DNA of 64,000 bases from Arcticibacter sp. (GTDB taxonomy: Bacteria; Bacteroidota; Bacteroidia; 2-12-FULL-35-15). Made by a program: the position numbers and the translations under genes. The notes beneath the pieces are model-generated. The model had not been told where the DNA came from. It did no database searches and saw nothing but the letters and a program-made list of their open reading frames with translations. Positions 48,031-55,565 of the stretch are shown here, piece after piece; the stretch's first letter is position 1; each line of letters starts with the position of its first letter. The DNA is taken from NCBI GenBank assembly GCA_021155045.1, contig JAJNQB010000019.1:198814-262813 (forward strand), in the 5' to 3' direction.

Positions 48031-49235
48031 TGTAACATAAGGTTGTTGTTTGTGTAATTCTGATTTGTACTCCATATTTTTTGATATGCCAATTTTAGAA
48101 CATTACGCCAGCTAAAAGAATAATTTAAACCAATGGAAACTTCGTTCGTTTTTTCATACCATAAAGAACCTGTAGGAGATAATATAGCACTACTTCTTAT
48201 AAAAATTCCCGAGTTTTTTATGTATTTATGCTTTAATAATATAGGTTTAAATGAACACATAATAAAGCCTATTTTGGAAATATTATTAAATTGGTAGGGG
48301 ATGTCGGAAAGTCCATCAGGGCTTTTTTCTGTAAAATAATTTGTTCCTGCATCGCTATAATTTATTTGTCCTTTTATGTCTATTCTACCTTTTAATTGTG
48401 GTACAACTTTTTGAACTGTTAAATCAACCGCATACATATTTGCTAAGGTTTCTTCTGTAATAAAAAAAGTGTTATGGGTATGATTTAATGTTGCGTTTTT
48501 ATCATGTTCGTCCCCTACTTTTATTTTCATAATTTTATAAGATAAGCCCAATTCAACTGATGCGTTTTTGAAAGGTAAAATTCCAATTCTTGTACCTCCT
48601 CCCATATTGTTATTTTTCTCTAAATGAATGTCGAAATCTATTTTTCCAGCTTCGTTTATATTTTGTTCACCATTTTTCATGTCAGGACTTTTTGAAATAT
48701 AAAAAGCATAGTTTATGTGTTCTCCTCCTCCTCTCAATGATGCGCCAATTTCCGCAGCAGGCGAATACTCCCCATGAGAAAAACCAAGAGGTTCATTAGG
48801 AGCATAATTAATCCAAAAAGGATGATAACGTTCAGAAAAAATGCCAAAAGGAGATAAAAATTTACCTATTTGTAGCGTACCCAATTCGTTTATATTATAA
48901 GATAAGTTTAAGTATCCTATTTCTGCATTCACCATTCCGTGTTCTGTCATTAACTCAAGCTCTCCTTCAAAAAATAAATTCGGAGTTATTTTCCATAAAA
49001 CAATAGGCATTAAACCAACAGGCATTGCTGTAGTAGTTAAATTTGTACTATCATAAAAGGAATTTTTTGAATGTAAATTAATTCCAAAGTAACCATTCCC
49101 GGTAAGTACAATACGCGACAATTTAAAGTTGCTAAATTTTGAAACAGTTATTGAATCTGTTACAGCAAAAATGCTGGTAGTAACAACAAAAAACAACACT
49201 GAAAAAATGGACTTCTTCTTATTTATTGGTAGCAT
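48012..49235 (-). CDS. Porin-like outer-membrane protein (hypothetical)
   Basis: 407 aa with a signal peptide and beta-strand periodicity. The C-terminal ...LMLQWALAF ends in Phe, as in OMPs. Confidence 0.5.
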   Translation of the reverse strand: MLPINKKKSIFSVLFFVVTTSIFAVTDSITVSKFSNFKLSRIVLTGNGYFGINLHSKNSFYDSTNLTTTAMPVGLMPIVLWKITPNLFFEGELELMTEHGMVNAEIGYLNLSYNINELGTLQIGKFLSPFGIFSERYHPFWINYAPNEPLGFSHGEYSPAAEIGASLRGGGEHINYAFYISKSPDMKNGEQNINEAGKIDFDIHLEKNNNMGGGTRIGILPFKNASVELGLSYKIMKIKVGDEHDKNATLNHTHNTFFITEETLANMYAVDLTVQKVVPQLKGRIDIKGQINYSDAGTNYFTEKSPDGLSDIPYQFNNISKIGFIMCSFKPILLKHKYIKNSGIFIRSSAILSPTGSLWYEKTNEVSIGLNYSFSWRNVLKLAYQKIWSTNQNYTNNNLMLQWALAF

Positions 49236-49261
49236 CTGGTTAAAGTTTAATTCAAAGGAAT

Positions 49262-49269
49262 CAAAATTA
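49262..49269 (-). promoter_or_regulatory. -7 box TAATTTTG (minus strand) upstream of the porin-like gene
   Basis: The reverse complement reads CCTAATTTTGATT, 26 nt before the ATG at 49235. Confidence 0.35.
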
Positions 49270-49286
49270 GGTGATATAAATTTTTA

Positions 49287-49316
49287 AAATAGAGCAATAC
49301 GTGTATTGCGCTATTT
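49287..49316 (-). terminator. Hairpin terminator after the HYC_CC_PP-like gene
   Basis: A 13-position stem with one mismatch (aaatagagcaata / tattgcgctattt) and a cgtg loop. It is followed by a T-run on the minus strand. Confidence 0.5.
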
Positions 49317-49334
49317 TGCAATAAATACAGATGT

Positions 49335-49733
49335 TTAAATACGGAAAACCGAGAATAAAGAAAATATATCTCGATCGATTATTGGAGGAGGTGAAGTAGT
49401 ATAAAATGATAAAAAAGATTCACTCGAATTGTAGATAGAATAATTTAAAGATGGAGTATAAACTAACAAAATTTGGTCTGCTTGAGGAACAATATTTTTA
49501 ATAGCAATACTGTGATCTTTTAATTTTAAGGAGCTGTTAAAGATATTGCAGCATTTTGATTTTAAAACTGGAGTTGTAGTTTTTTTTTCTGGACAACATT
49601 CTTTAGCTTGAGTAAATGAAATTTTTGTTTTTCCCGATTTTAAACATTCCATCTTACCAATGGTAAAACCAAGGCTCGATAGCGTAAAAACGAAAGCTAA
49701 AAAAACAGATGTTATTTTTTGTAATAATTTCAT
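49335..49733 (-). CDS. Small exported Cys-rich protein resembling the HYC_CC_PP family
   Basis: 132 aa: N-terminal hydrophobic anchor, MEC where the family has HYC, two CC dyads (KECCPE, KSKCCN), and C-terminal SPPPIIDRDIFSLFSVFRI. Family assignment is from memory. Confidence 0.5.
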   Translation of the reverse strand: MKLLQKITSVFLAFVFTLSSLGFTIGKMECLKSGKTKISFTQAKECCPEKKTTTPVLKSKCCNIFNSSLKLKDHSIAIKNIVPQADQILLVYTPSLNYSIYNSSESFLSFYTTSPPPIIDRDIFSLFSVFRI

Positions 49734-49742
49734 TTACCAACA

Positions 49743-49750
49743 CAAATGTA
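49743..49750 (-). promoter_or_regulatory. -7 box TACATTTG (minus strand) upstream of the HYC_CC_PP-like gene
   Basis: The reverse complement reads GTACATTTGTG, about 10 nt before the ATG at 49733. Confidence 0.4.
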
Positions 49751-49851
49751 CAAAAACTAAAACGGAAATAAAAATAAAAAATGTTAAACTGTAAGCTACT
49801 CTATAATTTGATTCAATCAAAAGTAGAATTTTATTCATTGACTACTTAACT

Positions 49852-51054
49852 CTAATGTTCATGCCTTTGTCCTGTTCCACTTTTCAAGATAAACTCACTG
49901 CTGATTAAATATGCTCCATCAGTTACAACAATTTCTCCTTCTTTCAATCCTGATAATATTTCAATCCAGTAGTTATTTTCTGCGCCTGTTTCTACCATGC
50001 GTTGCTCAAATGTATTGTCATGTGCCAATACCCAAACAGTTTTCATTTTTTCCAATAGCACTGCCGATTTAGGAACCGCTAATACATTCGCAAATGATTT
50101 TTCGGGAATGACTGAAACCAATGTTCCGGGAATGAGTTTGCCTCCTGAATTGTTTACCCTGATTTTAACCAGATGAACTCTTTTGCCTTCTTCAACAATG
50201 GGATTGTTGTAAGCCAATGATCCTTTATAAGTTTCTTCGGGATTGCTTTCGCTGAAAACCTGAAAGGTCTTGCTTTCTTTAATGCCTGAAACTTCATTAG
50301 AATAAAGTTGTGCTTCGACCCAAACCTGATTGAGCGAAGTGATTTTTACAAGAGGACTACCTTCTTCCACATACATGCCTTCGATAATGTTTACTTCGGT
50401 TAAATAGCCCGCTTCGGGGGAATAAAATGTAATGAGCGGACTTGACTTGCCTGATGCTTGCAGTTCGGATATTTGTTTTTCAGTTAAGCCCCATAAAAGC
50501 AATTTGTTTTTTGCTGCGTTTACTAATTCCTTTGTGAGTTCTGTTGTGGTGTTCGTTGGTTTTAATTTTTCAAGCAGAGAGAGATATTCCTTTTTATCGG
50601 ATTGCAGTTGCTCGCTGTAAATGCTGTATAGCGGACTGCCGCTTTTAAGAAAAGCGCCTGTGGTTTTAATAAACAGTTTATCAACCCTTCCTTTTGCTCT
50701 GCTGCTGATAGTTTTTACCTGTTCTTCATCAATGGCAACTGTGCCTATAATAGTTGGTGCGGATGCAATTATTCTTAATCTGACTGTATCTGTTTTAATT
50801 CCTGCCAATTCCTGTTTAAGATTGTCAATGCTGATAAAATTGCCTTGTTGCCCTGCATGTTGATTTTCCTTTTTCTCAACTTTGATTAAAGACATATTAC
50901 AAACGGGGCAAGCTCCCGGAGTGCTGCTCACAACGCTTGGGTGCATTGGGCAGGTGTAATAACTGTCGGATGTTGCCTCATGGTTTTCGTGTCCGTTCTT
51001 ACAACCCGTAAGTATGATAAGGCAAAATAATATGCCTGATATAATTTGCTTCAT
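49852..51054 (-). CDS. Efflux RND periplasmic adaptor (CusB-like) with N-terminal CPxH...CPxC metal-binding hairpin, copy 2
   Basis: Lipoprotein signal MKQIISGILFCLIILTGC from the ATG at 51054 (alternative start 51066). Contains YTCPMHPSVVSSTPGACPVCNMSL and the barrel-sandwich/beta-barrel MFP layout. Confidence 0.88.
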   Translation of the reverse strand: MKQIISGILFCLIILTGCKNGHENHEATSDSYYTCPMHPSVVSSTPGACPVCNMSLIKVEKKENQHAGQQGNFISIDNLKQELAGIKTDTVRLRIIASAPTIIGTVAIDEEQVKTISSRAKGRVDKLFIKTTGAFLKSGSPLYSIYSEQLQSDKKEYLSLLEKLKPTNTTTELTKELVNAAKNKLLLWGLTEKQISELQASGKSSPLITFYSPEAGYLTEVNIIEGMYVEEGSPLVKITSLNQVWVEAQLYSNEVSGIKESKTFQVFSESNPEETYKGSLAYNNPIVEEGKRVHLVKIRVNNSGGKLIPGTLVSVIPEKSFANVLAVPKSAVLLEKMKTVWVLAHDNTFEQRMVETGAENNYWIEILSGLKEGEIVVTDGAYLISSEFILKSGTGQRHEH

Positions 51055-51055
51055 G

Positions 51056-52369
51056 TCAGTTTGCATTTATAAATGTTTCGCTGTCGGTCATCATTCCTGC
51101 CTCTTTTGCAATTTCATCATTGGCAGAAAGGCCGCTTTTAATAGTTGTCATTCCGTTGTTGCTTGCTCCTGCAATTATTTTTCGCAACTGAAAAATTCCT
51201 GTGCCGCTTCGGGTAGTATCGGTTTTTACCCACACATAAGCATTCAATCCTGTTTTGTATACTGCCGATGAAGGAACTTGTAAATTCTTGCTGTCGCTTA
51301 ATGCAAATTGTGCGGTAACAAGTGAATTTATTTTCAATGAATTGTTTGAATTAGGCAACACTATTCTAACTCTTGCAAAACGCTGGTTGGCATCTTCAAA
51401 AGTTTGTTCTGTAAAAGCAACTTTTCCCCTAAGCGTTTTCGAAGGATTGTTTTCAGAAACTATTTCTACTGATTGATTTTTCTGAATTTGATTTACATAT
51501 TGATTAGAAACTGAAACCAATGCCCAAACTACCTGCAAGTCATTTACGCTGAAAAGTGTTTGCCCTGAGTTTACATAGTTGCCTTCACGAATTTGTGAAG
51601 CGGATGTAGTATAAGAACTTTCATTGTTTAGATTTTGCTGCATATTCATGGCGTTCATTACTGGTGTATTTTTTACAGTAGTATTTTCCTGTGTTGATGG
51701 CGTATTAAAAAACACGTAGCCGTTTGCAGGGCAGAAAATAGAAACGGATAAAGCTACTGTTCCGTTTTTTTCTAACTGTATAATTTGATTTTCGGTGATA
51801 CCAAGTAAGCGAAGCTTTTCTCTTGACTTCTCTATTAAAGTATTTTCAGTATTTGATTTGAAAAGGAAAAGATGTTCTTCCTGATAGGTTCGTAAATCTG
51901 GGCTGTATATGTCCATAACTTTGTCTCCCTGCTTTACATATTGATTACTGAATTTGACATATAGTTTTTCAATTCTTCCACCGAAACGTGCAGCAACAGA
52001 TTGATTGCGGTTTTGATCGGGAACAATAAAGCCCTCTGCTTTCGCAGTTGTTCCATTGCTGCCCGATTGCAGTTTTAAGGTTGCTTGATTAGACAATACT
52101 TGTTTGTTGGGCGAAATAATTTGCGGCAAACTTTCATTTATCACAGGTTCTAATTTCATTTTGCAAATAGGGCAGTTTCCAGGCTGAGGATATGTTTTTT
52201 CATCTTCGCAGTGCATAGGGCAGAGGTATTCGTTTAGATGCTGAACATGGTTTTCGTGCCCTTCGTCTTTGTTTTTACAACCTGATGATAATAGTATCAG
52301 CAGAGAAAAACAGCACGCTGATAACGCTGATTTTTTAAGATGGTTTATGATTTTATCTGTGCTAATCAT
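51056..52369 (-). CDS. Efflux RND periplasmic adaptor (CusB-like) with N-terminal CPxH...CPxC metal-binding hairpin, copy 1
   Basis: Lipoprotein signal ...LLILLSSGC from the ATG at 52369 (ORF-track start 52417 would overlap tolC). Contains YLCPMHCEDEKTYPQPGNCPICKMKL. Confidence 0.85.
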   Translation of the reverse strand: MISTDKIINHLKKSALSACCFSLLILLSSGCKNKDEGHENHVQHLNEYLCPMHCEDEKTYPQPGNCPICKMKLEPVINESLPQIISPNKQVLSNQATLKLQSGSNGTTAKAEGFIVPDQNRNQSVAARFGGRIEKLYVKFSNQYVKQGDKVMDIYSPDLRTYQEEHLFLFKSNTENTLIEKSREKLRLLGITENQIIQLEKNGTVALSVSIFCPANGYVFFNTPSTQENTTVKNTPVMNAMNMQQNLNNESSYTTSASQIREGNYVNSGQTLFSVNDLQVVWALVSVSNQYVNQIQKNQSVEIVSENNPSKTLRGKVAFTEQTFEDANQRFARVRIVLPNSNNSLKINSLVTAQFALSDSKNLQVPSSAVYKTGLNAYVWVKTDTTRSGTGIFQLRKIIAGASNNGMTTIKSGLSANDEIAKEAGMMTDSETFINAN

Positions 52370-52400
52370 AATTATCTGTGTTATCTGCGTTCTATCTGAT
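52353..52400 (-). repeat. Four copies of CAGATAA/CAGATAG heptamer (minus strand) across the tolC stop and adaptor-1 start
   Basis: On the plus strand, ttatctg occurs at 52353, 52372 and 52381, and ctatctg at 52392. Three copies are spaced 9-11 nt apart. Confidence 0.6.
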
Positions 52401-53642
52401 TTCTTTCTCATATTCATATTCTGCTTCTAATCTTAATATGTTGAATAATTTGTCATACGCTTCCATTTTTTTCATCAGCAGCATTTCCCAAGCATCGAGC
52501 AGCACAAAAAAATCGCCTGTGTTTTGTTTGTAAGCAAGCAGGTTGGCTTGTAGGTTGTTTTCATAAGCAGGAATGATGTTTTTTATGTAGCTCTGATACT
52601 GTGCGTTTTCGTAGTTAAGCATGGTGAGTTTTTCGGACAACATTCTTTTTGCCATCAGCTCCATTGTCTGTTTTTCCTGTTGCATTGCCTGAATTTGAAA
52701 GCCGATGGATTTAGTTTCTGAATTATACATTTTAGATGACCAAGGAACGATAGGAATGGTCATCATGCCCATGACCGACCATTGATTGGGCATACCGAAC
52801 ATTTGCATGTGTTCGGCACGAACACCGAAATCCGGTCTGTTGCCAATTTTCATTACATTTTGTTCTAATTGCATAGACTGTATGTATTTTGACATGGCTG
52901 TAATATCGCTACGGTTGGAAACGCTGCCCGTATCGGAAAGATTTAGTAAATAATTTTTCGGATTAACGAGCGTGTCAATTTGGAAAGCGGTGTTCACATC
53001 ACGCACCATGAGGATGTTCAAGCCGATGTTGCTTTCTGCAATCATTTGGTCAAACATCAGCAGCATGTTGTTGAGTTCGGCTAAACGGGCTTTGGCTTTA
53101 TAAATGGTTTGCAGTTGCGATTGATTGCTACTGAATTTTTCTTCTGATGTTGTAATTAATAATTTCAGTATTTCTTCACTTTCCTTTAAAATGAGTTGTT
53201 TTTTTTCAGTTACAAATCGGCTGTAATACAAAATTTTTGCTTCACGTCTTAATTCATTTTTTGTCCATTCGCTTTTGCTTTTTTCTATTTCAGCCAATGA
53301 ATTGATGTAACTTTTTTTTGCGTTCAGTTTGCTTGTGTTGGGGATCATTTGCTCTAAAGAAAACGCAATGCCAGCTTGGTTCATAGGGTTATTTTGCTCA
53401 CTGAGCATAGAAAAATTGTATGGCCATCGCATGACCCCTGTGGAAAAGGTAGGCGGCATCCATGCCATTGCCCCATCTGCTTTTGCCTGTATAGATTGGA
53501 TGTTGTATTGATATTGAATGATAGAAGGATAATTGTTCTCTACCTGTTGCAGTAGTTTTTCCAAGGAAATATCAGTAGTGTCCTGAGCTTGTGTTTGATG
53601 AAAACAAAGCAATAATGATATTATTGAAAGTATATTTTTCAT
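52392..53642 (-). CDS. TolC family outer-membrane efflux protein
   Basis: 416 aa with a signal peptide and two coiled-coil/beta repeat halves. It lies between the pump and the adaptors. Confidence 0.88.
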   Translation of the reverse strand: MKNILSIISLLLCFHQTQAQDTTDISLEKLLQQVENNYPSIIQYQYNIQSIQAKADGAMAWMPPTFSTGVMRWPYNFSMLSEQNNPMNQAGIAFSLEQMIPNTSKLNAKKSYINSLAEIEKSKSEWTKNELRREAKILYYSRFVTEKKQLILKESEEILKLLITTSEEKFSSNQSQLQTIYKAKARLAELNNMLLMFDQMIAESNIGLNILMVRDVNTAFQIDTLVNPKNYLLNLSDTGSVSNRSDITAMSKYIQSMQLEQNVMKIGNRPDFGVRAEHMQMFGMPNQWSVMGMMTIPIVPWSSKMYNSETKSIGFQIQAMQQEKQTMELMAKRMLSEKLTMLNYENAQYQSYIKNIIPAYENNLQANLLAYKQNTGDFFVLLDAWEMLLMKKMEAYDKLFNILRLEAEYEYEKEIR

Positions 53643-53645
53643 AGT

Positions 53646-55565
53646 CTAATCTTTTATTTCAAGGTATTCTACCTTACCATGCTTCCTTACTTCCCTTTCT
53701 TTCACCAACTGATATACAACAGGAAGAACAATTAAAACGAAAAGGGTAGAAGTTATAAGTCCAAACACAAAAGGTATCGTAATCGGCTTCATCACATCGC
53801 TTCCTACGCCTGTTGCCAAAAGGATTGGCATTAAACCCATCATATCAGCCATAACTGTCATCAGTTTTGGACGAACACGCATTACAGCACCGGAAAAAAC
53901 AGCGGACTGAACTTCTTCTTGAGAGAGGGCCGTGCTTTTCTTTTCTTCTACTTTGTCGCGAATGGCTTCATTCAAATAAACAAGCATCAGCACACCTGTT
54001 TCCACTGCAATGCCGAAAAGAGCAATGAAACCTACAGCTACGGCCACCGAAAAATTCACTTCAAAAAAATACATGGAATATACTCCACCGATTAGGGCGA
54101 TGGGAATACTGGAGAGCACAATCATCATTTCTTTAACAGAATGAAAAGTGAAATACAATACAAAAGCGATGATGAGAAGGGTGATAGGAATGATAATTTT
54201 TAATCGTTTTTCTGCACGGACTTTATTTTCATATTGTCCGCTCCATTCTATGTAATAACCGTTGGGAAGTTTTTCAAAATCGGTATCAATTCGTTTTTTG
54301 GCATCGTTTACCACACTGCCCATATCTCTGCCGCGCACATTGAACAGCACTGTTCCCCGAAGCATGGCATTTTCTGAATTTATCATGGGTGGTCCTTCAG
54401 AAAATTCAATATCTGCCACTGCCGAAAGTGGAACAACGCCATAGTTAGCCGTTTGAATAGGAGTCCTTTTAATTTCCGCTATATCACTTCTGAAATCCTG
54501 TGCCAATCGCATCGATACGCTGAAACGTTGCCGACCTTCAACGGTTTGCGTCAGCGGCATTCCACCCAATGCCATTTCAATAATCATATTTACTTCTTCA
54601 ATAGAAAGATTGTAGCGGGCAATTTCTTCACGATTGATTTTTATGTCGAGATATTTTCCTCCGGTTAATTGTTCTACATATAAATCTGCAAGCCCGTCTA
54701 TACCTTGCAAAGATTTTTCAATTTGACGGGCAATGTTGTAAATAGTATCTAATTCTTGTCCATATATTTTTATTCCGATGTCTGTTCTCACTCCGGTAGA
54801 AAGCATGTTGATTCGGTTGATAATAGGTTGTGTCCAACCGCTGGTAACACCCGGTATTTGCACCTTATCGTTTAACTCTGTGATGAGTTTTTCGGTAGTC
54901 ATTCCTTTGCGCCATTCCGATTTTGGTTTTAGTAAAATAATACTTTCAATCATACTCATGGGTGCATTGTCGGTAGCGGTATAAGCTCTTCCTGCTTTTC
55001 CCAATACGTTTTCCACTTCGGGAACAGACATGATGAGTTTGTCCTGCACCTGCAAAATGCGCTTGGCTTCATTGTTGGATACATCGGGAAGCGTTACTGG
55101 CATAAACAACAATGAACCTTCATCCAACGGAGGCATAAACTCAGAACCCAAACGCAACACAAACGGAATGCTTCCTAAAACAATCAAGATGGAAATAGCA
55201 ATAACTGTTTTTTTCCAACGCTGACAAATGCGTAATACAGGGCTATATATTTTTATAAAAAAGTTTGCAATAGGATTTCTGCTTTCCGGAACGAGTTTGC
55301 CCTTCATCAGTGAACGCAAGAGCATGGGCACGATAAACAAAGCAACAATGGCAGAACCAATCATTACAAATGTTTTTGTGAATACCAATGGAGAAAATAA
55401 TTTCTTCTCTTGACCTTCTAAAAAGAGTATGGGGGCGAAAGAAATAAGCGTAACTAAAATTGAAAAGAAAACAGCCCTTCCAACGGTGCGTGAAGAACGC
55501 TCAATAATTTTGATGCGTTCTTCTTCGCTTAATTCTTTAGTATTTCCAATTCTTTGCTTTTCCAT
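53646..55565 (-). CDS. cusA: Heavy-metal efflux RND pump, CusA/CzcA family, C-terminal 639-aa piece
   Basis: By my recalled alignment with E. coli CusA it starts in the cytoplasmic loop between TM4 and TM5. It contains the rest of the TM domain and the second periplasmic loop. Met residues occur in LLFMPVT, MSMIES and NMLSTG. Confidence 0.9.
   Translation of the reverse strand: MEKQRIGNTKELSEEERIKIIERSSRTVGRAVFFSILVTLISFAPILFLEGQEKKLFSPLVFTKTFVMIGSAIVALFIVPMLLRSLMKGKLVPESRNPIANFFIKIYSPVLRICQRWKKTVIAISILIVLGSIPFVLRLGSEFMPPLDEGSLLFMPVTLPDVSNNEAKRILQVQDKLIMSVPEVENVLGKAGRAYTATDNAPMSMIESIILLKPKSEWRKGMTTEKLITELNDKVQIPGVTSGWTQPIINRINMLSTGVRTDIGIKIYGQELDTIYNIARQIEKSLQGIDGLADLYVEQLTGGKYLDIKINREEIARYNLSIEEVNMIIEMALGGMPLTQTVEGRQRFSVSMRLAQDFRSDIAEIKRTPIQTANYGVVPLSAVADIEFSEGPPMINSENAMLRGTVLFNVRGRDMGSVVNDAKKRIDTDFEKLPNGYYIEWSGQYENKVRAEKRLKIIIPITLLIIAFVLYFTFHSVKEMMIVLSSIPIALIGGVYSMYFFEVNFSVAVAVGFIALFGIAVETGVLMLVYLNEAIRDKVEEKKSTALSQEEVQSAVFSGAVMRVRPKLMTVMADMMGLMPILLATGVGSDVMKPITIPFVFGLITSTLFVLIVLPVVYQLVKEREVRKHGKVEYLEIKD

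Noticed and set aside
52353-52400. Heptamer repeats as a CRISPR or minisatellite array.
   Set aside because: The units are 7 nt with irregular 2-12-nt spacers and partly lie in coding sequence, which is far too short for CRISPR. Kept only as a low-interest finding.
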